A DNA stretch of 64,000 nt from an uncultured virus (IMG/VR IMGVR_UViG_3300008108_000264) (Duplodnaviria; Heunggongvirae; Uroviricota; Caudoviricetes): the IMG/VR virus record IMGVR_UViG_3300008108_000264; one strand, 5' to 3'. Within the stretch, counting starts at the first letter, position 1. Each line of letters begins with the position of its first letter. Of this stretch, positions 21,120 through 30,503 are shown piece after piece. The notes under the pieces are model-generated. The model did not search any database and was not told the DNA's origin. It saw only the letters and a program-made list of their open reading frames with translations. Made by a program: the position numbers and the translations under genes.

Positions 21120-21228
21120 AAGTTAGTGTTTTTTGCCTATTGATCTTACCAACTGATCTAATTAGATTAATCTAATGAAGGACTTGAACCTCCGACCTAC
21201 AGGGTATGTTTAATTTTGTAACTAACTT
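21120..21228 (-). ncRNA. YrlA-like Y RNA (circularly permuted tRNA module on a terminal stem)
   Basis: AAGTTAGT-TACAAAA..CCTGT-AGGTC-[GGAGG TTCAAGT CCTTC]-[ATTAGA TTAA TCTAAT]-TA-[GATC AGTTGGTAA GATC]-A-ATAGG..ACTAACTT. Confidence 0.85.
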
Positions 21229-21232
21229 GTTG

Positions 21233-21300
21233 TGAAAATGATTGGAATCGAACCAACGTCATACTTTAGAAGTACTACTCTACCACTGAGCTACATTTCC
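21233..21300 (-). tRNA. Atypical tRNA with CTA (amber) anticodon and shortened anticodon stem
   Basis: GGAAATG/CATTTTC, D-arm GCTC AGTGGTA GAGT, GTAC-TTCTAAA-GTAT, T-arm GTTGG TTCGATT CCAAT. Confidence 0.6.
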
Positions 21301-21302
21301 AT

Positions 21303-21398
21303 AAATCACTTATATAATATGCTTAACCGTTTAGCTAAAAACCCAATGGGTTTTATAGGATTCGAACCTATATGAGTATTATGTTTTGTAAGTGACTT
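21303..21398 (-). ncRNA. YrlA-like Y RNA (second permuted tRNA module)
   Basis: AAGTCACTTACAAAAC-ATAATA-CTCAT-[ATAGG TTCGAAT CCTAT]-[AAAACCC ATT GGGTTTT]-TA-[GCT AAACGGTTA AGC]-A-TATTAT-ATAAGTGATTT. Confidence 0.85.
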
Positions 21399-21405
21399 TG
21401 TTTAT

Positions 21406-21942
21406 TTATTTAATTTTTAAAGTTTTCCATATCTGAGAACAATAACCTATTTGATAATGACAATCAATTATAGCATTATGTGTGTTTTCAGGTACAGGAT
21501 ACTCTTTCTTTATAGTACGATTAAAACTAACTAAAGTTCTAACACATCTTTCATTATAGTATTTCCAGGGTATAGGTTTTTTCAATTTATTATAGGCATC
21601 ATTTAATAAGCCTAAATCAAATCTTGCACTATTACCCCAAACTTCATAATTAGCATCATTAAAGAATTTAGAAAAGTCTTCTAAAGCTTTCTCAATTGGA
21701 ACAGCTTCCTTTGTAAACTCTTTTCTTGCTTCATCAGATTGTTGCATCCACCATAATACAGTAGAAGCATCCACTGCAAGACCTATGTCTAAACAACTTT
21801 GTAAATCTATTATTGTGTAAAATTCATCGCCTGTCTTACCAGTACTAATATCAAATTTTACAGCACCAATACTAATAATTGCTGAATTTGAAGTATTTCC
21901 CATACTTTCAATATCAACCATAATGTGTTTTAACTTAGCCAT
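21406..21942 (-). CDS. DEDDh 3'-5' exonuclease (exonuclease VIII N-terminal / RNase AS-like)
   Basis: MVDIES, WWMQQS, WGNSARFD, RCVRT, HNAIIDC. Confidence 0.8.
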   Translation of the reverse strand: MAKLKHIMVDIESMGNTSNSAIISIGAVKFDISTGKTGDEFYTIIDLQSCLDIGLAVDASTVLWWMQQSDEARKEFTKEAVPIEKALEDFSKFFNDANYEVWGNSARFDLGLLNDAYNKLKKPIPWKYYNERCVRTLVSFNRTIKKEYPVPENTHNAIIDCHYQIGYCSQIWKTLKIK

Positions 21943-21957
21943 TTTATTTTAATTTAA

Positions 21958-22491
21958 TTACCAATTTAAAGGGTTAATATCATAACGCCATAGTTTATAT
22001 TTTTCAATAATACTAATTAACTTTTGTGCATAATTAGGATCAGTTGCATAGCCCGCAGATTTTAACCCATAAGCCCAAGATTCATAATTAAATTTTGATA
22101 AACTTCTAAGATGATTATATCTAGGTTTAGTCAATAAATTAGAATGATCTTGCCATGATTGATCTACATCAGAATAGAATTTAAATCTATCATTTGGTTT
22201 ATCATCAGCATAAACTACGTATTTACCTTCACCTTTCCATTTAATACCAAAGTGATTATTAGCATTTTTAGCCAAATAAGATTTACCAAATTGACTCTCT
22301 AACATTCCTTGTGATAGCTTAATAGCTATTGGTATGTTGTACTTTTTTGATTCTCTAATTGCAACATTAAGATGATCATCAATGTATTTCTGAACATCAT
22401 TAGGAAGTTCTACTTCTAACGATGAGAGATAAGTTGAAAATCCAGCTGTACAAAAGAATAATAACGAACATAGTAATAATATCCTTTTCAT
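21958..22491 (-). CDS. GH73 glucosaminidase/muramidase (FlgJ-like) with signal peptide
   Basis: QGMLESQFG, NNHFGIK, AGYATDPNYAQKL. Confidence 0.88.
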   Translation of the reverse strand: MKRILLLCSLLFFCTAGFSTYLSSLEVELPNDVQKYIDDHLNVAIRESKKYNIPIAIKLSQGMLESQFGKSYLAKNANNHFGIKWKGEGKYVVYADDKPNDRFKFYSDVDQSWQDHSNLLTKPRYNHLRSLSKFNYESWAYGLKSAGYATDPNYAQKLISIIEKYKLWRYDINPLNW

Positions 22492-22509
22492 GATTTTTAG
22501 AATTAAGGT

Positions 22510-23109
22510 TTAAAAATTAAATTTATCATATAACACTTGTATAAACTCAATAGGTAAATGAATATTCTTTATACCTACTGCTTTCTTAAAAAACGGAGCA
22601 ATGTTTACAGGATAATAACCAGCTAAACCACAACCTATTTGAGTTACTAAAAACTCCTTATCAGGGTTTTCTTTAGCAAAATCAATAAAGTCATTTACAT
22701 AAGATTCTATCTCATGTAAAGGTAAATTCTTAGTTATTAACTTATTCATTGTAGGTATAGCATAAGTTTGACCTTGTAAACCAACAGATTTACCATACTT
22801 AGCACCCCAATTCATTGCTGTTTTAGCAGCACCTAATCCATGTCTACCTGCAATATTAGAACCAAATACAAATACTTCATTATCATTTAAAGAAGTAACA
22901 TTATTAGGAGTTACTTTTATATTTTCATATAAATAGATAAGTTCCTTATATTCTTCAATTTCAGTTTCAAGTACAGTTAATTGATATTCTAATAATTCAT
23001 TAAGAATTTTATCAGGATTGCGACGATAATACTCTAAATTATGTTCAGCATTTTCTAAACGTTTAAGAGTTATCTTATACTGTAGTTCATTCTCCAATAC
23101 TTCCATCAT
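22510..23109 (-). CDS. Macrodomain-like protein
   Basis: VFVFGSNIAGRHGLGAA, YAIPT, VTQIGCGLAG. Confidence 0.7.
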   Translation of the reverse strand: MMEVLENELQYKITLKRLENAEHNLEYYRRNPDKILNELLEYQLTVLETEIEEYKELIYLYENIKVTPNNVTSLNDNEVFVFGSNIAGRHGLGAAKTAMNWGAKYGKSVGLQGQTYAIPTMNKLITKNLPLHEIESYVNDFIDFAKENPDKEFLVTQIGCGLAGYYPVNIAPFFKKAVGIKNIHLPIEFIQVLYDKFNF

Positions 23110-26100
23110 TGTTTAACATAGAATTAATAGTATTCTCCATTTCTGAAGTATTAATTAAATTATAAGGTTCCATGTAAACTCTAGCTAAACCAAATTTAAG
23201 TTTAATTTGACTATAAGTAAAGTTTGGTACGGTTTCTTTAAGCTTAGTAAATTCTTTATCAAGATAATTAATAACGTTTAAATCATGAATTGCAAGACCA
23301 TAATGACCTTTTTCTAAATGATCTTTCCATTTATTTTGAAATGTTTGTGAATCTAATAATTCTTGAGGAAATCTATCACCTTCCCAAAGGACAGGTTTTT
23401 CTAAACACTCAGTTATTTTTTCACAGAGCCATTCTAATCCATCTAAAGATTCTGCACTTATTGTAACAGGTTTTTCTATATAACCATCAGGTAATCCTTC
23501 TGAATTATAATAAACCTCACGAACTGAATAATAAAGTTCATTATCATGTTCGGTAACTAAAACTCTAAAATTAAAAGTCATTTTGAAATAGTTGGAATTG
23601 TTTGATCTGTTTTATGTTTATCATTACTTGTTGACATAACAGCTCCATTGCAGTTACAAAAGAATCTACGTTGTCCGTATGCCCAAAAAGTATAAACTTT
23701 ACAACCTTCTGCTTCAAATAATAATTTTACATCAAAATTTGAATTAGTACTTTTTATATGACCAATTGAAGGATCATCACAACTAATAAATAATATTAAT
23801 ACTAGTAAAAATGTAAAAATTTTCATATTCTTCCTTTTGATATATCGTTTAACAATAATTTACCTAAAATAAAACCAACAGTTGTTACTATAGCATTTTC
23901 AGTTCCAAATAGAACACAAGCTACCATAATAATTAACAAACCTAATAAAATAGCAAGAGCGTATATTAAAATATCATTCATAGTTTTTATTTTTTAAGAT
24001 TTAAAATATAATTCCCCTGGTTTCAAATAATCATTTGAATAATTATTTTCTACGATAGTAACCATATTACCATTTTTTAACCCATCGATATAATATTTTG
24101 CATATTGATCGTCAGATTTTTCTAATTCTTCTAATACTTTTGTATTATCTACTCTTGTACAACCATAAATTGGTGTATGAGTAAATGCAATTCTGATATT
24201 AGAATCAGATAATAAATTGCGATAGTAGCCTTTTGGTGCCATAAAATTAAGATTTTCTGTTAAATGAAATGTTTTCTAATACTTTTACATCTTTAGGTTG
24301 CCACTCCCATATTTCACCGTTATCTTGAATAACAGTAAATAGTTTGGAAGTTTCAGTACCATATTCAGTAACTAACCACATAAAACCTTTACCTTTTGGT
24401 GTAGTTACTTCTACTCTATTTTGTAATTCTAATATTATCATATTAATCTACTACTCCATTACCATAGTAAAGTTCAAATGATTTCTTTTTATAATCATCT
24501 GACTTAAGCCAATCACTATATTTATTTTCCCAATCTTTATCTTGAAATTTATAGTACGAACCATTACAGTAACGTAAACTATTATTTAATTTATAAAACT
24601 GTTCAAATAAATCTATTTCATTATCAGCTTCTATTTCTTTCTGTTTTTTAATCTCTGAGTTAACACTAGTATAACTTACTCTATCATAATAATCAAGTAT
24701 TGCTTTCATCTAATACTTTTTTTACAAGTGGAAAAATTTCTCTTGTCTCTTCTTCTGCCCATGTTATCATCTCTTCTTCTTTGTTTATATCCCAATCATA
24801 AAGCTCAAATGCTCTATGCATCATTTCATGATTTAATAATAACATAGTTTCAAAATCTGATGTACATCTACTTAGATTTATAAATACAAAGAAATCATCT
24901 CCTGTTTTATAATCTTCATCTTCTTTAGGTACATAATTAGACCAACCTGCTATGTAAGCACTTTTTGTTGTGTTCTTATGTTTTATACAATCTTTATGTT
25001 TTAATCCGTGCATTTCTTCAACACCATAATGCCAAAATATACTACATGGATTTTTACTTAACAACAATGTGTAAGTTTTTCTCTTTATTTTCTTAATATT
25101 CATTATTTAAGATATAAAATCTTATAAATTTAACTGTCTTTAAACTTTTTATCATAGTATTGTTTACCTAATTCAGGAAGAAATTCAGTTCCAAAATGAT
25201 CAGGCATCCACATTGCAGCATCTATTATTTGCTGTTTTTCCATTTCTTTAGCATCGTAACACAAATCATAAACCCAAGTAGGTATTTCACCCATATCTTT
25301 ATTATCAATTTGCTGTATCAACCATTCTACTGCTGTCATAAGTTTGCGATTTCTGTTCGAACTTGTTGCCAATATTCTTTTTCGTTTTCATCAAATAAAT
25401 GAGCACTAAGGATTTCTTCTACTGTAATCAAAGCGCATTGCTTGGCATTTTCTTTTTCAATATCTAGTCTATATCTATGTGTTTCAGGATCCGTACCATC
25501 TGTAAATTTTCTAAATATATTAACTAACTCTATTGCCTTTTCTTTCGGTGTCATTGTTTAATATCTTTACATTTTTTACGTATAAATATTTTTAGTGTCT
25601 TACCGTCATCTTGTAATTGTAATTCAACTTGATTTGTTGAATCCCAATTTACATAACTTCTTCCATTTTCATCAATAACTTCTACTCTATTTACAAATAA
25701 AGTATTAGTAATTTGAAATCTTTTTCTGATTTTATTAATAAGTTTAGTAATTTTTTTCATAATTTTTACTTTTTATTTGTTATTTAACCACATTAGTTTT
25801 TTTATTAAAAACTTTATTTCATTCTTTTTATATCTTAATTTTTTCAATCTTCTTAAAAGTATTAGTTCTTGTATTTCTTTTTTACTTTTATAAGATTTTG
25901 GTTTAGGTTTATAATTAGTAATAAAATAAATTAAACAAAATAAACTAATAGGAAAACTAAATAAAATCAATAATACTATAAATGGACCAAGAACACCAAT
26001 TATTAAGTTCATTAGAATCTATATAATTTCATTACCTCATCATCACAAGGTAAAAGTTTTTTAATGTCTGGTATAGAATATACTTTATCACCATAGTCTA

Positions 26101-26293
26101 GGACATATTCTTCACCTTTTTCCTCCCAGTGAATATAAATTGCCCAATCACCATAGTAACTTTTCTTAGCTATCCAGATGAGATTATCACCTTTGCGAGT
26201 TCTACTAGCAGTAATACCTTCGTGAGAATTAGGAACGATACCTTTAGCTATAATAGAATCATTAGGTATTTGATTGTATTCGTTTAAAGTCAT
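23087..26293 (-). CDS. Run of about 11 small hypothetical ORFs
   Basis: Closely spaced minus-strand ORFs; 23578-23826 is lipoprotein-like (LFISC); 24693-25103 has a HExxH motif (HEMMH). Confidence 0.55.
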
Positions 26294-27114
26294 TTTATTC
26301 TATTTTTATCGCCATTAGATGTTAAGTAAACATTTAAATCTTTTATTGACAAAGAAGCATCAATATTTTTTTTATCATCATCAGAAAATCCAAATTTAGG
26401 TGCTAATCTATATTGATAGTTACCTCTTTTTATCATTTCTTTGTTTAATCGTTTAATTATTCCTTTTATTTTCTTTTGAAATAACTTTATTTGTTCTTTC
26501 TTTATTACTTCTGGTTCTTGACCATTTTCATTAAGATAACCAACAGGATAAAATAAACAATTATCTAAGTATTTATTAATTTCTTCTTCATCATTAGTAT
26601 AGATTTCATGTGCTTTATCTTTTCTTTTCTTTAAAGATTCTATTAGTGTATCTTTTGATATACCTTTATAGTTATTATCAATAAATAATCTAACAGTTTC
26701 TCTAAATACTTTAGGATTATGACCACGTGCAGTTATAATACCAAAATAAGCACCACTGTTAAGAGCTTCAACAAAATCATTCCATGATGGAGCTAATTTA
26801 GAATTCTGTACAGCTACTAAAAATGGTATAATACCACATCTAAAATCTCTAAATGGTTCAAATGTTGATAATCCAACACCTACATGACCATTGTAATCAA
26901 TAGATCCTTTTTTAAGCTTTTCTTTTATTTCAGCATACTCTGCTGTAGATATAGGAATCTCTTTACCAGTAACATCCATTAAATATATTTGACAAGGCAT
27001 ATAAAGTAAATTATCATCCCAATCAAATAAATAGTATTTAAGATATACTACTGGTCGATCAAATAAAAAATAAGAAAATATTGTTATAATTATTAGTGTA
27101 ATTGCTATTTCCAT
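26290..27114 (-). CDS. HAD-superfamily phosphatase-like protein
   Basis: FDWDDN (DxD), ITARG, K, GFSDDD. Confidence 0.7.
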   Translation of the reverse strand: MEIAITLIIITIFSYFLFDRPVVYLKYYLFDWDDNLLYMPCQIYLMDVTGKEIPISTAEYAEIKEKLKKGSIDYNGHVGVGLSTFEPFRDFRCGIIPFLVAVQNSKLAPSWNDFVEALNSGAYFGIITARGHNPKVFRETVRLFIDNNYKGISKDTLIESLKKRKDKAHEIYTNDEEEINKYLDNCLFYPVGYLNENGQEPEVIKKEQIKLFQKKIKGIIKRLNKEMIKRGNYQYRLAPKFGFSDDDKKNIDASLSIKDLNVYLTSNGDKNRIK

Positions 27115-27392
27115 TCTTTTAGTATTTTATAATAAACAAATTCAGAATCGTTCTGTTCCCAAGCATTAAACCCTATATTATAAGGTTCTGTTATTCTTAT
27201 ATGACCAAGAAAACCTTTTGCAGGTTTATTTTCTTCAGTATATTTATCAGGTAATGATGGATACCACAAACCTTTATAGGTATGTTCACCATCTACATCA
27301 TTACTAATAAATTCAATTGGATATACATTATCAACAGGTAATGGATTTAAATGTCTATTTAAATATCCTTCTCTTTTTTCTAAATTCTTCAT
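27105..27392 (-). CDS. Hypothetical protein
   Basis: ORF; likely start MKNLEK. Confidence 0.55.
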   Translation of the reverse strand: MKNLEKREGYLNRHLNPLPVDNVYPIEFISNDVDGEHTYKGLWYPSLPDKYTEENKPAKGFLGHIRITEPYNIGFNAWEQNDSEFVYYKILKEWK

Positions 27393-27502
27393 AACTAAAT
27401 AATTAAATTGGATAAAAAAACTGGTAGGCAAGGTAAAAAAAGTAGCGACATAATAAATACATCGCTACTACTAAACCAAAATCTATGAAAACATTAAAAC
27501 GT

Positions 27503-27562
27503 AAGTTAGTTCCTTTTTATTCACTTTCAATAATAATAAATTTGATAAATTGTAACTAACTT
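27503..27562 (-). ncRNA. Minimal Y-like stem element
   Basis: AAGTTAGTTACAAT...AACTAACTT; same stem as 21120-21228 without the tRNA module. Confidence 0.65.
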
Positions 27563-27566
27563 GTTG

Positions 27567-27639
27567 AGGGGAATCTCGGAATCGAACCGAAATAAAAGAA
27601 TTATAAGTAACTAAATAAGTTACTACCTGACATTCCCCT
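27567..27639 (-). ncRNA. tRNA-ended element with an internal Y-like hairpin
   Basis: Acceptor GGGGAAT/ATTCCCC, T-arm TTCGG TTCGATT CCGAG, internal AGTAACT-TATTT-AGTTACT-TATAAT, no D-arm. Confidence 0.65.
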
Positions 27640-27644
27640 TGTAT

Positions 27645-27693
27645 AAATCACTATAATATTAAGCAGATATTGTTAAATCTTTGTAAGTGACTT
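27645..27693 (-). ncRNA. Minimal Y-like stem element
   Basis: AAGTCACTTACAAAG...AGTGATTT; same stem as 21303-21398. Confidence 0.65.
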
Positions 27694-27701
27694 TTTTAAC
27701 T

Positions 27702-27881
27702 TTAAGTTGTCCAACCTTTCATTGGACTTCTAAATTTCTGTTGTTCTTCACCAGTTAATTTATAACGATAAAGATACTTTTTACCTTGAATTCTTTCAAG
27801 TTTTGACTTTTGTTTCTTTGCAAACTTCCTTGTTCCTTGTCCGTTACCAGGAAGATTGTCAATTTTTTCGTAACTGTTCAT
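27702..27881 (-). CDS. 59-aa basic protein inside the RNA array (not in the ORF track)
   Basis: MNSYEKIDNLPGNGQGTRKFAKKQKSKLERIQGKKYLYRYKLTGEEQQKFRSPMKGWTT*. Confidence 0.6.
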   Translation of the reverse strand: MNSYEKIDNLPGNGQGTRKFAKKQKSKLERIQGKKYLYRYKLTGEEQQKFRSPMKGWTT

Positions 27882-27901
27882 AACAAGATAATTTAAAATT
27901 T

Positions 27902-27994
27902 AAGACAGTTAATGTGGGAATTGAACCCACTACCGTTTGATTAAAATTCAAATGCTCTACCAAATGAGCTAAATTAAATTTTTGTAACTGTCTT
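27902..27994 (-). ncRNA. tRNA-Lys(TTT)-like body with its acceptor end fused to a Y-like stem
   Basis: AAGACAGTTACAAAAATTTAATT-TA-[GCTC ATTTGGTA GAGC]-A-[TTTGA ATTTTAA TCAAA]-CGGTA-[GTGGG TTCAATT CCCAC]-ATTAACTGTCTT. Confidence 0.75.
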
Positions 27995-28000
27995 GTTTGT

Positions 28001-28115
28001 GGCGAGGGAAGGAATCGAACCTCCGTTAAAAATAATCCTCAATTTATTTGAATTTATGAAGTTATTGTAACTAGCTTTAAGAAGAACTAGTTTAAGCCAA
28101 CATTTCAACCTCGCC
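28001..28115 (-). ncRNA. tRNA-ended element with an internal Y-like hairpin
   Basis: Acceptor GGCGAGG/CCTCGCC, T-arm GGAGG TTCGATT CCTTC, internal AACTAGTT-loop-AGCTAGTT-ACAATAACTTCATAAA. Confidence 0.72.
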
Positions 28116-28122
28116 TTAAAAG

Positions 28123-28184
28123 AAGACACTTAATTTATTTATGAACATTGATATAATTAATTTATAAATGTTTGTAAGTGTCTT
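28123..28184 (-). ncRNA. Minimal Y-like stem element
   Basis: AAGACACTTACAAAC...TAAGTGTCTT. Confidence 0.65.
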
Positions 28185-28191
28185 AAATTCT

Positions 28192-30410
28192 TTATTTCTT
28201 CCAGGTGCTTTTTATTTCATACTGGACCATATAATCTATTTTCTTTTGTTCATCATACATTATTCTAAGATTATTACTAACCTTATCAATAACAATGACA
28301 TATTCTGTACCGTGCATATCTACTGCTTCAAATCTCCAACCAGTATCTTTATCATCTAATGGTTCAAACTTATTAATGAAGTAATTAAACTCAGCATCTG
28401 CACTTTTTTGATTTAAAGTAGTAAAATCTTTATTAAATTCAAATAGAAAAGGTTCATCAAACTCTTTTATAAGTTTATACTTTTCCTCTTCAAAATCATA
28501 ATAAGTATAATATGATTTATCTGAACTAAAAAAGAACTGTGCATTAACATTAAGTGCACAAATCATAAGTAAAAATAACACTTTTTTCATAACATTACTG
28601 TTTAAAAGGTCAACAATTATATAATTAATCTTCATACTCAGAATAAGAATCAAGCTGTTTTTTAAGAGCAGTAATTCTTTCTTCTGGAGTCATTTTTTCC
28701 TGTTCAAGTCTATCAATCTCAGCAGATAAAGCTTTCTTAGCTTCAATAGCTTCTGCTTTTTGAGCTTGATGAATCTTATAACCTATCAATAAAGATAAAA
28801 AGTCTTTATGATCTTGTAGATCTTTTAACTTTCTTTCTTGATACTCAGTCATAGTCCATTCATCAGAATCTTCTAATTTACGAACTTGATCTTTTAATTT
28901 AGCATGCATATCTTTTAACGTATTAATAGTTAAATCATGCATCATTTGTTGTACACTGTATTTACCAAGTGTACCTGTGAAATATGTATTAGAAAACAAA
29001 AGTTTTGCTGATACTTTTTCTAGTTGGTCTTTATGTTCTTTTGTAAACATTTTCTTCTCATTCATAATTTGAATCTTTTTTGAGTAAATAAAAATCTATT
29101 TCTTCTTCTTCATTCAGATAATTTTCAGTATCAATATCACCACAATTATATGTAGGGTATTGTATATCTCTATCATTATCATGAATTGCTTCAAGTTGAG
29201 ATGAATCTCTTGCAAATTTATCAGAAGCATTTATTCTAAAATAACATTCTTCTGATTCACACCAATACGTTTTATATCTGTAACCTAATTTCTTCATACA
29301 ATGTAATTAAAAAGGGTATAGTGTTACCTATACCCTACAAAACAAACTATTTACACACAAAATTTTTACTTTGATTTAAATACTACTTTATCGTAATTAT
29401 TTCTCATTTCAACAGCAATAACTTTATCTTCCTTTATATGGAATACAATGTTACTATTATTTTTAGCTGTAAATAAATAAGAATCACATACATCGCAATA
29501 CTTGTTTCTTAGTTTAAACTCAAATAGTCCATACCATTCAAATTTATCATTCCCTTTATCAAAGTGACCTAATAGTGTGTCACCACGTAATTCATAATTT
29601 ATGGTGTAACCGTTTACAGCAGTATCTAATACTTCCATAACGTCACCATTTTCATTTAATTGATGCATTACTGCACAATCTACTACAATAGGTTTAGGTT
29701 TAAACCCAAATAAATTACTTTTAGTAGTACAAGATACAATAAATGTAAAACAAGCTACTGATAAGTAAAATGCTGTAATTGTAAAAACTTTTCTCATTTT
29801 TGTTTTTTTAATTGAGACCAATAAATTCTTTTGTATTCATTCAACTTTTGAAGTTGAGCATCATTTAATTCTATTGTTGAAATAGAACTAGCAGCCATAT
29901 ACCATTCAGGTATTGTAACTGAAATATTAAAAGAGTTAAATTCTTCTTTAAACAGTTCAGCATCTTGTTGGGACAAGCAGATCATATAATCATCTACTTT
30001 GGATCCCCATCCTCTTTCAGATTCAATAATTTCTACTTTAAACGCATTCATAATATTCATTTTTTTAGATGAAATAAAAAGTTAATTAATTCGTTTACAA
30101 TTTTTTGAAATTTTTCTTCTTGTGTTTTTAAATCAAAATAATCAGTAAGAACTATACCATAAAAATAATATACACCATTGTATCCAAAATCTCTTGGTAC
30201 AAATGTCATCATATAAATATATTTTTTATGACTATTATCAAACTCCATTTTAAAACTATTTAAATAGTCAAATGTTAATTTTTCACAAAGATTATACTTT
30301 AAAATAGTATCATCAATTGATTGAATAATAAGTTTAACAACATCTATATTCTCTGGTACTTTTGATTTTAATAACTCAAGTAAATTTTGATACTCTGTTT
30401 GTGTTAACAT
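28192..30410 (-). CDS. Run of hypothetical ORFs (28192-28590 secreted, 28625-29065, 29058-29297, 29366-29797 lipoprotein-like, 29794-30060, 30057-30410)
   Basis: Closely spaced ORFs; signal peptides MKKVLFLLMICALNVNA and FIVSC. Confidence 0.55.
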
Positions 30411-30425
30411 AATTAAAATAATTAG

Positions 30426-30498
30426 TACACTCAACAGGTCTCGAACCTGTAACCTACAACTTAGAAGGTTGTTGCTCTTCCAATTGAGCTATGAGTGT
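30426..30498 (-). tRNA. tRNA-Arg(TCT)
   Basis: Full cloverleaf, ACAAC-CTTCTAA-GTTGT; CCA not encoded. Confidence 0.92.
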
Positions 30499-30503
30499 TT
30501 TAG

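Noticed and set aside
28001..28115. tmRNA
   Set aside because: Only 115 nt, with no tag ORF and no Ala G3-U70 identity pair
20710..28184. CRISPR array reading of the repeated AAG..TTACAA motifs
   Set aside because: The repeats are paired inverted arms with variable sequence and irregular spacing; there are no cas genes or uniform spacers
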